The notes beneath the pieces were generated by a model that was not told where the DNA came from, did no database searches, and saw only the letters and a program-made list of their open reading frames with translations. Both the position numbers and the translations under genes were made by a program. From Laetmonice hystrix (taxonomy: Eukaryota): a stretch of 64,000 nt of DNA. The DNA lies in NCBI GenBank assembly GCA_965235115.1, contig OZ249438.1:40238001-40302000 (forward strand). The letters are read 5' to 3'. Of the stretch, positions 32,701 to 45,699 are shown one piece after another (the stretch's first letter is position 1; each line of letters opens with the position of its first letter).

Positions 32701-35700
32701 AGCATTCCAGTCAAAGATCGGGTATATACCGTAACTCCCTGTCTGAGAAAGGTCACTCAGAGACAGTGTAGTCACCGCCCCCTATTCTAATTCATAGTCA
32801 CACTGTTACATTTGTAGTTATTATTCATATCTACAGTGTAGTCACCGCCCCCTATTCTAATTCATAGTCACACTGTTACATTTGTAGTTATTATTCATAT
32901 CTACATGTTATTGTAGCCCCTTTACTCACGCGATACTCTGGTTTAAGTTTCCTGTCGTGTAGAGCTGCTGACTGTACCTGGAAAACGAATTATTGGAGAC
33001 CACGTGACGATACGATCAGCGGTCAACACGCCGGAGCAATGTTCCAATCTCTGTCTCGGTGACCGTGGGGATGGCGTGGTCGGACCTCGACAGTTCTGTT
33101 CGGCAGTGGTCTTCATACCGAATAGAAATAGTAAACGGTGCCTTATCAGCACTCGCCAGTACTACAGCACATCGAGAACAAACAGACAAGATATTAGATT
33201 TCAAGAATTGCGCTTAGTTTGCAGTAAATCGTCATACCCGGGTAAGTAGTCGTCTATACAAACATTATATGTTCTGCTTCAGAGATAGTCCGGGCAAGAT
33301 TTTCTTTCATGAGCAGATTCTCCATCAAATTAATGGACAAAATGTTAGCCTCTCCAAAAATGGGAACGTGTCCTATTTTGGGACACTTAGCATACTTGAA
33401 TTAAATAGGCCTAATCAGTCTGTGGTATGGAGTCTTCACGATCCCTTTATGTCTATTGCCTGATCCCCTCGACGTCATATAGCCAGAGTTTAGGCCTACT
33501 ACACTCTCTGATATAGCCATGCCAAAAACAAGTAACAAGATGGACTACTTCCGCTTTGTGAATGCAATGTCGCAGTCACAAAAAGCGAACAAACTTGAAC
33601 CAGTCATAGATCTTACAGAAAACACCCAATCCATAAATCTCAAGCACAACACATTTTCTCACAATTTGTTAGAGTTACACGTGGGCCAAATGTATTACAG
33701 TGGCATATCACAATTTCAGGATGTAGGTACCCATTTCAGAGGCGAGCCAAATATAGGATGAGTGATAGATCCGTGGGACTAAAAAAGGAAGACGTCCCTG
33801 TTGAGACGGTTGGCGCATGCGCAGAGCGCTGTATCGGTCGTGACCCGTCTTACAAAACGCAATGTCGTGTCTTCGAATTCAACAGATCAAACAGGACATG
33901 TACTATATACATGAACACAGCGGAAAAAGCCACTCCAAGACTAAGGGTTTCAAAAACTCCACTCAACATCGACATCTACGAACTACCGAAAACATCTATA
34001 GACTGCAGTAAGCGTTTGAAACTGTCAAATGGGGGATTTTACTCGAATCTGATTGGTTAAAATGTATTGCAAGTCTATAGCGCTAATCAGCAGAGGCTAA
34101 AATTACTAAAAAATAGTACAAAGTAGGACAGACAGTACAGGTGAATAAATAGTGTTTGTCCCACCGATGACGTCTTCACTGACAAAATATGTTATTAAAT
34201 TTGACATGACTTTGCTTGTCAATCGGTTCAAGACGCAGCCCTGCTGTCTCAGGAACAAGCTCTATTTAAGCAATCAATGTTGATCGGCGCACGGAGATTT
34301 TGTGAACATACAAATATATTACAAATAAATCTGTCGGGTATTCACCTACGAGAATATGACCAGTGACCTTATAACTATCTCTTCTTGCCGTCGAAAGGTA
34401 AAAAATGCCAAGAACAGGCAGGTGTGTATCAGTACCTAACCTTAAGAATCGCTGTGCCGAAATACAACTTTTAAATGTATTCATTTCCTTCACTTATTGG
34501 ATGTCCCTTTCCTCCTCCTGTAGGTCCATGTATAGACCACTACAAGGCGTGGTATGACGCCAGGAGTGTGGGCAGAAGAAAACTACAAGGGAAATTGGTC
34601 TCCGAGACCTGCAAACGGCGCTGTGCCCGGTATAAAGGTCGCTCTGACCGTCCAAGGGTGAACGTTGACGAGATGTTAGATCTCTTCGGGCGAGTCCGCC
34701 GAGCGACTCTCAACTTTACTGCCATTGCTCAGAGTTTGGTCAATGAGACGGTTGGAAGATGTTTCGGGTATGATATCACCCCGGACGGAGAATGTTACAT
34801 CAAAACTGAGGCCAGTTACACGTTAGAGAACGCTGTCGGCAACATGCACTTCAGTCGGCAGCCGCTCTGTGGTGGTGAGATGTTTGGGGTTTTATGGGGT
34901 TGTGGTCGCAGGTTTCTAACTGACAGAGAGACAGAGAGCACAGCCTCTAACGGTAGAGGGACCGAACCCAGAATTTCATAAAGCAAGGTCCGAGAGGGAT
35001 AGATGACGCAGAGTTTAAGTTATTAAAGGAATTGGTAGAAACCAAAGATATAAAAAATACATGGCCCTAAAGGGGAGATCCTGTGTTTATTTACATAATA
35101 ATGTGTGTTTTCTGTACAGAGACAGTTACCGTAGCTAGACAGCAATAGGTCCCGTACCTAACCATGTAATATCGCCGTAAAGATGACCTTATACATGGCG
35201 ACACAGCGGAAAGCCACACTCACTCACTGTTCCTGTACAGGTTGTGGCGACCAGACCCAGTACACATCCACGGTCAACACTTGGCCCCCTGGCGGTGTAA
35301 CGTTCTCTAGTAACCAGACCAGTTCCGTCTTCATGTGCGCGTCCCTCTGCCAGGGGGCGCTCGTTACGTTTACCTCGGCGCCGTGCTACGGGTTCGCCTA
35401 CGACACACGACGGGGGACGTGTACTTTGTACAGGTCCTTCAGCTACGAACTGGGCCCCGTGGGGAGGGCCCCGTATGTCAACCACTACCGCCGCATGTAT
35501 ACATGTCGTGAGTCTCATACTGTCTCTCTAGGGGTCGGAGGGGGGAGGGAGAAATATGACTCTAAAGGGGCAACAGGGGCGGATTTAGGGGGGAGGCCGA
35601 GCGGGCCGCCCCCCTTTCGTCAGGGTACCAATCAGACAAAAGGCAAAATTTGTTGTCCACAAATGTAAAAGCAAGCATTTTGCTTTCTCAGAATGCAGGA

Positions 35701-36430
35701 AATGCAATTTCAGAGACGCTAGATGTTCAAAATTGTCTGAGGGCATGCCCCAGACCCCGCTAGCAGGGCTCGGGCTTCACCCTCGGGCGACCGCCCCCTC
35801 CCCCCTTTCAAAAATCCTGGATCCGCCCTTGGGCAATGAAAATCTCTTTGAGGTTAGGCTTTGTCCCCAAGAATTGAGGGTTGACATGGCTTCTGTCCAT
35901 CTGACTGAATCTGGTGAGAAAAGTATAACTTTATCACTGCACTATATTACTATCGCATTTTGAAGTAATATTGCCAATGGGGGACGAACTCCTAACCTCC
36001 AAAAATATTATTGTCATTCAGTGCATAGTGTGTGAACGGATCCCAACGGGCACGGGCAGAGCTGTTCTCTCATGGATTCATTGACGTCCTTTTTCTCTGT
36101 GTTTATGTGACAGCTTCGGCAAGGTGTCTGGAGAGCTTCACAGTGACACGGAACATGAGGGGACAGGGCCGAGTCCCGCTACCAGTTGATATCGACACGA
36201 TCGACAAGTGTAAGGACCAATGTCTCGGTTACCACATCGCCACGTTTGGGGGCGCCACCTGCTATGGATTCTCCTTCGACAACCAGCGGACCCGTTGCCA
36301 TGTCTACATGGACAGACAGAATTCTTTGCCAACGCGAAGAGTGCCAGATGTTGATACCTATCAGAGGAATATGCGCTGCACTGAACTCACAACGACTGTT
36401 AGAGATGGAAGGGATGACAAATTATTATAA
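29759..36430 (+). CDS. Paralog 3: type II TM protein with 6 PAN/Apple domains, 708 aa; join(29759..30110,32315..32572,32948..33241,33720..34007,34524..34874,35241..35507,36114..36430)
   Basis: Same exon structure; phase-1 GT-AG introns; 2127 nt in frame; coding indels versus paralogs 1 and 2 are all multiples of 3. Confidence 0.88.
30614..31230. repeat. 39-bp intron-1 minisatellite, paralog 3, ~16 units
   Basis: Same 39-bp unit, longer array. Confidence 0.95.
31468..32208. repeat. 95-bp minisatellite, ~8 units, intron 1 of paralog 3 only
   Basis: gactttacaagcccaccatcccacgccaga... at 31561, 31656 and 31751; single diverged seed at ~11135-11210 and ~21315-21390. Confidence 0.93.
32764..32905. 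repeat. 70-bp direct duplication in intron 2 of paralog 3
   Basis: cagtgtagtcaccgccccc... at 32764 and 32834. Confidence 0.85.
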
Positions 36431-39259
36431 TCGTATGAGATGTTTTAATGGCGAGGCTGTCGTATGTTATAACATGCTCCCAGCCACCTAGTGTCGTATT
36501 TAATAACTAAGACTGTCCTATGTTAAAGCAGAGCCCAGTGTCCGTCAGGTGGACCATCTGATCGCTTAACGCTTAACGAAATAAGAAAAAAGAATTTCAT
36601 AAAAGGCTCATGTTTTTGAGAATTTTCCAGTTCCAATCTGATCCACCTATTGGTGTTGGGGGGGGGGGGACGAGAATGTGTTGACGGTCGAGAACTTGTG
36701 ACGAGGTATTTGGAATATGTTTCTACATTTGCAACATGTAAAGAGAGCGCTGTACATGTATAATATTTCCTCCATTATATACGAGTAATGCTATAGGCTA
36801 GCCTAGATAGGCTCTAAAGGGCTAACACTATGTCTCATGTCACGGTCACCATTTATTTAGAAAAGAAATACAAACTTTTGATTGACCCGATGCTCCCAGG
36901 TAGGCCTAGACATCTTAGCCTGCATAATGGACCTACATTTAGTCACGACAGGTGTCACCTGGCGTGACGGGGGAGGTGGCGCCCCCTGTGGGCAATACAA
37001 AATCTCGCAATACTTCGCTTTGTCAGACAGGTTCTCGATCTCGCCGCTAGGTGGCTAGAATATTTAGGCACCTAGCGACGGGATCGGGAACTACTGTGTT
37101 GGGAGGGGACGAGGGTCTGGATGATCGAGATTGGACGAAAATGGGCAGTGGGTCATGGGTCCCGGGAAAATACTCTGAGAATTCAACGTTCTTAGGATTC
37201 ATTCCCCTTTGTTGGTAGGCCCTATAGGGCCCTATTATTTTCAGCTGTAATGGACCTAGATCTGTGCTTAATTGATAAGATCTCTAGACTTCTGTGTCAC
37301 AGTATTTGACATAAAGATCGTGTACAGTTTTCTGTGTTACTAATAGGCCCTAATAATCATGCATTCGGGAACTTGAAAATCTGTATTGTTAATATTGACA
37401 TGTTGCATGAAGACGCAGCGATTCCCTTAACATAATTTAAGCCATTATTTATTTTCCTGCTGCTTCTAATTCCTTATTAACGCTACAGGGATCTACACAT
37501 CTTGAGGCCTATTAATTACCCTATTAACGTTAATCAGCCCCGTGACATTGAAACTCATGTTCATGATCAGGAGAATTTGTAAGGGGAGAAACTGCGTCTT
37601 TTGTCTTTGGCCGTACGAGCCTGGTCCGTGTTAATGTTTCCCATACAAACACCAGGCCCACCATGGTCGCCTGCCCGCTGCTCACCAGGGGGCGACACCT
37701 GCATGCTCGTTAGTACGATTCGGTTATTTCCGTCGTTAGTTTTATTGCCCGCCAGTGGGTGGCGCTGTCTCGTGCTCATCACGTGACTCGTCCCGTGGAC
37801 ACCCTGTGCGTTCCATCCTGCGTCATTAGGCGAGTCGTTTCACCTCCCTAGTCCTGTTTGAGTGACTCAAGGACAACAGACTCTACAGCATCTCATGTTG
37901 GGGAGGGAGGAATCCACCCCAAAGAAAGGGGTCCAACAAGTTATACGTTGAACTTGTTTCAAAGTCCGGGGGGGGGGATGTGTAATCGGAAGCTGGGTTC
38001 AACATATCCCCCTTCCCCATTTTCAGGTTAACAACCCCCCCCCCCTCACATATCCAAATGAACTACGATCGTAAAGACAAGAATGACCTAATTGACTTAA
38101 TTACGTTAGGTAAGATTCACCAGACTGTAGAGATTTTATGGAGTAGTAAAGTAAAATTGGAAATTGTAGGGGCCTACATTTATTTGTATAAAAATTAATA
38201 CATTGGTCACGGCCCTTGAATCTAGAAAAATGCTTCAGTGATGGAAAATGTTCATTTTGCATAATGTATGCTACATGGACCATTTTACATAAAATAAAAT
38301 CAAGGCACTAAATCAGTACCAAGTGGAACTGATGAAAGATATTATCCATTCTTGTACATGAATTGCGAAGTGAATTCATTAGTCCATGCGCCCTGATCAC
38401 AAGCGATGCGATGCCTGTCTCTTTGATCTTCAATTCGACATTGCTCCTCGAGTTCGTTGATTAACATGTCGTACCTAGCTCTGCCACCAGGTGGTGCTCG
38501 ACGCCCGCCCAGCTGGCTTGTCTCACGTAAGCACATTGTGACCGTTGCGCAGCATTAAGCTAAATCTAAGCTGATTTCACGTCTGACTGCTGCGTTGGTT
38601 GTTAAGGACTGACGTCTTACGACACGACGTCAGTAAGTGCGTGACCCCGCCATGGTTTATGGCGTCCCGTTGGGGAGACGCCCATGGTATCATCAGGGAC
38701 CGTGGCTGACCTGAACGGGGACAGCCACGGCCGGGCCTGTCACTGACAACGGGCGTCAAAACGCCGGGAATCGCAACAGAATGACGCTTCATTTCAAGAT
38801 GAATAAATTAATGGCCTCCGCTGACAATAATGCAACATCCACTGCATAGTTAGATCAGTATATCTGGTGTTTTCTTCATCTAGGTCTAAGGATAATCAAG
38901 ATGTCGCTCACAGGCCATGTAAGAATATGAAACCATATCCCCCTCAGAGAATTTTGATGAAAAGTTTTCTCAAAAATGGTATTAAGAGATCATAAACGTT
39001 ATATAAACCTCTATAATGTTTTTTCTATTATTAGTCGGTCGCATAGTGTATCGCAAGCCCATGGGCTCAGTCTATGGAGTTAATGTTCCCAATTTTAGAT
39101 TTTATTAGGTCAATATCTATCTTTTCAGGGCACAATAGGATTAGATCAAGCCACATAGTTTTTTCCAAAGCCCTTTCCATGCCCAACTGACGACGATTCA
39201 TGAGAAGCTACCATAATCTTTAGGGGAAGTGGGGATATATAAGGGTAAGTAATTGTAAA

Positions 39260-39521
39260 CAGTGGCGGATCCAGGATTTCAGAAGGGGGGGGGGAACCTT
39301 TTGGTGGATAATCAGTGGCCCATTTTCGGGGGGTCTGGGGGCCCTCCCCCGATTTTCCTTTTCAGGAACGTCGGAGATGTATTTTCTGAACATGTATAGT
39401 AGAAATTTCTACCAAATCTTTCAACGAAATTCCATTATTTTTACGCATGAAACATAGAAAATAGGCAAGAGTTTGGAAAAGTCAGGGGGGAGGGTACCGC
39501 CCCCCCTCGAATCCGCTACTT
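39260..39521. mobile_element. CAG-terminal MITE with 5-bp TSD (GTAAA)
   Basis: gtaaa|cagtggcggatcc...gaatccgctactt|gtaaa; the right terminus is slightly degenerate. Confidence 0.7.
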
Positions 39522-41822
39522 GTAAAGGAGATCGCGGGAGGCAAAATGAGTGACTTGCGAGAGTGAATTGATACTCTGTTCGTTGATCTTTGAGCTCTTA
39601 GCGTCCTTGTCATGTTAGATTGAGGGATGCGGTTGTTGGGGGTGGGGTGGGGTGGCGTGGCGTGGCGTGGGGGTGGGAAGCTTCTGCCATGCTTTTGATA
39701 ATCTGAGTTAGTATGTGAAAACGAGGCTCTCAGGTCGTCTTGGAATGTTTATACTGTTGATGTGGTCACATCGGTTGTCATGACAACACGATATACACAC
39801 ATGCTTAGCTGAGATCATGAATGTGTTGGCGCAGACGATATTTTCTCAGCGAGAATATCTTTTTCCACGAGTGCAGGGAAAAGTACCACTTGAAGTATTG
39901 TGCTATTTCAGTGAGGCGCAGGTTGTCATGTGTTGTCAGACGCCTTGAAGTCTGATTGAGTTTAAACAAACACTTGATTACCGCTCTCAACCACCTAATC
40001 AAACTGAGTGGGTGGAGACATAACGTGGCGACCCTTTATGAACTCACAATGTCTCCGTCCTCGTGATTGGCTAAACGTGAACACCTTCGTCCAGGTACCC
40101 ACTAACCATCTGGTGACAATCCCATACATCTATTACCTGTCCATAAAACGGTAGACATTAATAACTGGGTAACTGGGCCCACACCTTGGTCGACCATTCA
40201 AGGGCCGTTTGGGGGAGCGAATGGTCCATTTAGAGGTTTACTTTGAAGTTGCTCATTGTTGTCTATAGATGGAGGACTTTGGTGTTGGAATGGTGTAACA
40301 ATAGCCAACCTCCCCCTTAGTTCCGCTGTCTGCAGGCGGCACGTGTTCTGGCATAGAGACCTACCGCATACTCTCCACATTAAGTCCTATCTCCTCTAAA
40401 CAGGGCTCGACTCAGCTCTATTATTCTCCCGTCTGTGTGCAGGTTGTGAGTAATCAGGAGTCAAACAAAGTGCAGAGGGCCAATAAACTGACTCGTCAGT
40501 GACCTTATCAGACGCGTCAAGAAAACATATCAATTTAAAGTTATATATTCGACATAATTCACTTATTATAAAGAGTCCTACCTTGAGGATTCTTTTGCAT
40601 GTTGCAACCAGTGGTGCAAATACCCACAGATGCATTCGTTCACTCTATTTACTTGTTATATCCTGTAAAGCCATTAAAAAGGTAAAAAAAAGTAACGAAA
40701 AGAAACGGTTGTCTGTTAATTGTATCAATATGGATTTCACTTTTTTTATGTCGTCAAACCCCAAACCTCACAGGGCGACATGAAAGCGGACAGCCCCTAA
40801 TTTAATGGCTACAATAGCAATATTGATCATTTGCATTTTCAATTCCAATGAAAGACCCAGGTTATGGATGCCACAGAGAAACAAACGGTCGCCATGGAAA
40901 CAGAATGTGGGTAACGAATCCTAGAATTCTTGATAGAAAATGGAATCTTTTCTGTAGGTCCCGAAACGCCTTCATTAAGGGTGAAACGATATGTAACGTT
41001 AAAATGTCTACATAGGCCTGACATGGTAGGCTGCGCCTATATCTAAAAATTAGTGTCAGTATAGTTCTTTCCAACCCTATTTGATAAACTTACGCATGAC
41101 TCGAAGGCCTCCATTATACTAGACATGTCGGCCTACATGTATGCTCTGACGGAACGTTTTATTGAGTTGTTGGGAACGTTACCGTACTCTTTGTCCATTC
41201 AGTTCAGTTGACCGTCACAGACGAGGCACGCGCCCAGTTGCCCGCTATTTTAACGTTCCGGTTCATCCAACCAAACCACATGTGTTTTTCTCAGCTACGT
41301 TTATAAACTCGCGACTTATTTTCTTTGACGTAGGCGGTCGGGCACGCGCACAGCTGAACACATGGCGAGGCGTGGAGTGCGCGTGCGCGGGGACGTGCCG
41401 GGGACGGACACGCCAGCATGTCACGAGGCGACCTAACGACACAATGTCCCTTTATGTGGGTCGGACGGTGGACCCGTTCTAATTGCTCGGACAGTGACCG
41501 CTACTGTCCGCGGACATTGTTCAGTGACCACTGAGGCTGTGACCGGCCGGCCGGCCCGGACAGTGGTCTGGGTGGACACAGATGTTGAGGATCCCCCGAC
41601 ACCTTTCACAACCAGAATAATCACTATATCGTGTTCATGTCCACCGTCAAACCACACGTTGACACACACGTTGACACCTTTGATCAGGGCGGAAAGTCTA
41701 ATCATTCACCCCAGTATGATTATAAGGCACACTACTCGTACCATTCTATTAAATATCACAAACATGTTATGTTTTGAGTCTGGCGAGAGGAGTCAAGTTG
41801 TTCACACGTTCCTGTACGCCAT

Positions 41823-41870
41823 GAGGGCCAGGCTCTGGGCCAGGCTCTGGGCCAGGCTCTGGGCCAGGCT
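41823..41870. repeat. 12-bp repeat gggccaggctct x~4, followed by a ccctaa-rich tract
   Basis: Read directly from the sequence. Confidence 0.8.
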
Positions 41871-42529
41871 GATCGGTATACATCGCCCGCGTGATAACTT
41901 AACCCCAACGAAAGTAAAGATCCCTATCCCTGACCTTATCCCTAACCCCTAACCCCGGTCCCTACACCTCCCAAAACATATCCCTATCCTATCCCTGATC
42001 TTAACCCGAACCCCTGCCAACAATTTTGTGGGGAAGTTACCATGGGGGAATAACCCTAATTGCAAGAGGCACATACAGTTGTCGGTGTAGCCCGCCTCAA
42101 ATTCCCTTTTCATAGACTACTTACGGTGTCTCGGTCCGTCAGCCCTCGGCACTCACCACGATACGCTCAGTTTACTCAACTTTACCAACATAGATTTTCT
42201 GTCGTACGCTAGAGGTCTAAGAGTGTTACAATACTAACAGATCCACATACTATGTGGGATTGTATAGTGGCGCTACATAGGCTACATGTGTACATGGCAT
42301 CTAGCTGTGGACACTTACAAGACAAGCCAACGTCTCTCAATCCGCAGTCATAACCTGCATGTATCAAGTGTATGTGTTTCTAAGGTAACCTAACCTCACG
42401 GCGAGTATTTCACGCCAGGTGGTTCAACCTTGCCCAAACTCAAGTAGTGCGCATGCGTCGAACCCACATGCCACCCATATGTCACAGTTCAGGCGCACGT
42501 GCTGCACTCTGCCGTACGCATGCGTCGCA

Positions 42530-42690
42530 CAATGAATCCAGTATCATGACGTACTTCTAGAAGAACACTACCGGTTCGCTCGAGTCACTCGGATCAGGAG
42601 CCATTTAGACAATGAATCCAGTATCATGACGTACTTCTAGAAGAACACTACCGGTTCGCTTGAGTCACTCGGATCAGGAGCCATTTAGAC
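42530..42690. repeat. 80-bp direct duplication
   Basis: caatgaatccagtatcatgacg... at 42530 and 42610. Confidence 0.9.
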
Positions 42691-43366
42691 ATTTAAAGTG
42701 TCGGTTAGGGTTTAGCCTATGTCAACTGTCGAATTTAATTTGTATTTCATATCTTTATCAAATTTCAACGTTAACATCGTATAAATCTCCGGGAGGAAGA
42801 AAAATTGAAGGTAACAGTCACACAGACTGCCAACAAAAAGTGGGAGATTGGAAGTGACGATAAATTATTGACATTCTCTGGGCCATAGTTCCGGCAACTT
42901 TCAGCACGCACTGAGCAGTTCGGTCGCCAGGCCTGCCAGCAATCCATCATGGAGTCAGGTCAGGGATTGAGGACAATCAATCCTATACGTCACACAATTA
43001 ATTGTCTCTGTCACATCTCTGTCAAACCCAAAGGGAGCGCTGGTTTCGGGCATTAATTGTCGACATCTTCGCATGGTGATGTGTACCATTATATCCCCCA
43101 GGGACACTCAGTCATTTCACTGTCCGGGACTTTTCAAACAGGCCCTGAAAGCAATTTAGTTATATGCCTGTAGGAAAGACCTCAATTAGCAATGTTGTTC
43201 ATAGTAATGGGAAGAGTATGCCGAACTCTGGCTGCAGAACTTGGGTGCAGGCCAAGGGCAGAGGTTGGTATATATAATGTCCGCAGATTTCTTCCCTCTA
43301 TGAGACGATGACCCCTAAGGTTTGCCCTAAGGTCAACACAATCCTGACCAGCCCTTCATCCAATAG

Positions 43367-43606
43367 CTGGCGGTGTATGACGAGCTGGAAGGTTCACAGC
43401 GACGTTATCAGCCGCAGTATCTCCTACTTTCTGACACAGCCTTCCACTGGCGGTGTATGACGAGCTGGAAGGTTCACAGCGACACTATCAGCCGCAGTAT
43501 TTCCTACTTTCTGACACAGCCTTCCACTGGCGGTGTATGACGAGCTGGAAGGTTCACAGCGACGTTATCAGCCGCAGTATCTCCTACTTTCTGACACAGC
43601 CTTCCA
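43367..43606. repeat. 80-bp tandem repeat x3
   Basis: ctggcggtgtatgacgagctgg... at 43367, 43447 and 43527. Confidence 0.9.
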
Positions 43607-43972
43607 CTTTCGACCGTCGAGCGATATAGAATTTGTACACCAGTTTGAGGTGAATTATAAGAGTTATACCTGCGACGAACGGGAGGTTCTACAGAACCCA
43701 CTTTCATGCCAATATGCTATGCGGCCAAGGTCTGTGCATAACTTCATACTTGTGTTAAATTGGCCTTGGCATTTATGAATATGCCTCATGAATGCGGGAT
43801 GTGGCTTATGTAAGGATATACAATGTATGTTTAAAAGTCGATCCATGGTTGGATTGATGGATGAGCAAATGTTGTTATGAGAAACAATAAGTTCCAAAGT
43901 GTCCCCTCCAACAGGAGATGAAGACGGCTATAAGCGATTGGACGCGCCGGCAGGTTGTTGCTGGACGCTGCA

Positions 43973-44149
43973 GACTCTGCTGTCCGTGCCCTGTTTGTGT
44001 TCTAAGATCTCATCGAGAACCGTGTGAAGTGTATAGTCGTAGCTTACAAACAGTCCGTCGCCAGGAGACTCTGCTGTCCGTGCCCTGTTTGTGTCCTAAG
44101 ATCTCATCGAGAACCGTGTGGAGTGTAGTCGTAGCTTACAAACAGTCCG
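43973..44149. repeat. ~94-bp direct duplication
   Basis: gactctgctgtccgtgccctg... at 43973 and 44067. Confidence 0.8.
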
Positions 44150-45699
44150 TGTCGTTCTATTACGATGTTTCCAGTCCGCTTCGTTCGTTCCCAGTCTGCC
44201 TGGCTCCCTGGCAGGGAGACTGTCACCCCCCATCAATGTTTGCACCATCGATTGCCCTGTCCACCATGTCAGCAATACACGCTAATTAATATGCAGGTTT
44301 AATCATTTGATTTGTACGAAACAATTTGTTCGTTAATTTTACAAGAGTAAACAGTGAGCGTTCTGGAGGGGGTATCAAGGTTCAATAGTTTGTCCAGGTT
44401 TTCCCCAGGGTCGATGGCCTCTCAGCCCGTGTTGATGGCTACAAGCACCAGAATCGGGTCAAGGCGGCGGGGTGCATAATTTCCAGAAACCTAACAGTTT
44501 ACTGTGTACAACCCAAGAACGTATCTGAACTTATAGACAACGTTTAAACCTAGCCTAGTGGTTCTCTATTACTGCTGGGTCGAAAGTGTGACATTCTTTT
44601 TGAATGCTAGAATTACGGTCATGAAAAAGAACTTTTGTCAAGGCACTGCAATCAGTATCTAATAGTGATAAAATATATGAAGCAAAAATTAGAAGAAAAA
44701 GCCTTATGTTCAGTTACAGAATATGTTTTCCAGCTTGCATGATTTTCACGAATAATTCAATGGGTCAGAATGAAGGTTTCCGCCACACGGCAGTTTGTTT
44801 GGTCACATGCTTCCACAGATACCCATTCTGTTGTCAACCCACGACAGCGGGAGGGGGTGCAGGGTAGACTGACTCCCATTTACCCCTAAAAGGCCCGGAT
44901 CCAGAATGCTGCTCTCCGTACCCCCACCCCCTCCTAGCTCCAGTACATCTATCCTCGGCTTCCCGTCTCGGCCGTGTACATAGGCCCATAATTCAGAAGT
45001 GTATACGACCAACCCTGACGTGTCGTTTAGCGTTTACCATTCTGAATTAACCACTAGTATCTGTTGAACAACAGTCTTATCAGGGGAGATGGGTGTCAGC
45101 TGGTCGGTAGACAGGGACAGGACCTGTGGCGCCCTCTATGTGACACGAGACAAACGACGGCCAGCCCGCCTCAGTCCTGATGCCGTGATGGTGGCGTTCT
45201 ACGATGTGATTTACGGGAAGTGACGCGACAACAGCGCCACCTCCCGGGCCGAGATCTTTCAACGCTCTTCGCCAACACCGTCAGCCTCGTCCTCATATAT
45301 TGCCGCTAATTTATCGAAGACAAAATGTGAGGTCTCCCCGCTTTCACGAATCCCATGAGTGTTGATAGGTGAACAATTGACATTGTACGGGAAACTGGAT
45401 TTGATATTCAGGCAGTTACTCTATATCTGATCTATGTGATGCATACCATCGATGAAAAAGAGTAGGCCTAATGTCCGAATGGGCAATTACTAGAGAGATT
45501 TCACAAGCGCACGGATATGGTTACGAGAACGGATACGAAATCGTTTTCGTATTCCTCATTCGCGAGGCATTTTTTCGGTTTCGCATCAATTGACGCACGG
45601 TTATACAGTGATTGCAAACTGGAGGTCTGTCTCTTTAAATCGCTAACGGCAGTGAGGGGGTGATTCACTGGCCATCTATTCCAAAGTATACAACTTCGT

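Larger units (their letters stand above)
4975..37290 (+). other. Segmental triplication with ~10-12 kb units (about 4975-17460, 17555-27140, 28013-37290), each carrying one PAN-receptor gene
   Basis: Collinear homologous upstream blocks (e.g. ctctgaaggtgtcccttgctaaacggg at ~5031 and ~17558; gcccacctctagtt at ~4978 and ~28016), exons, introns and 3' flanks (e.g. ggtaggccctataggg...gataagatctc at ~27070 and ~37214). Boundaries are approximate. Confidence 0.9.
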
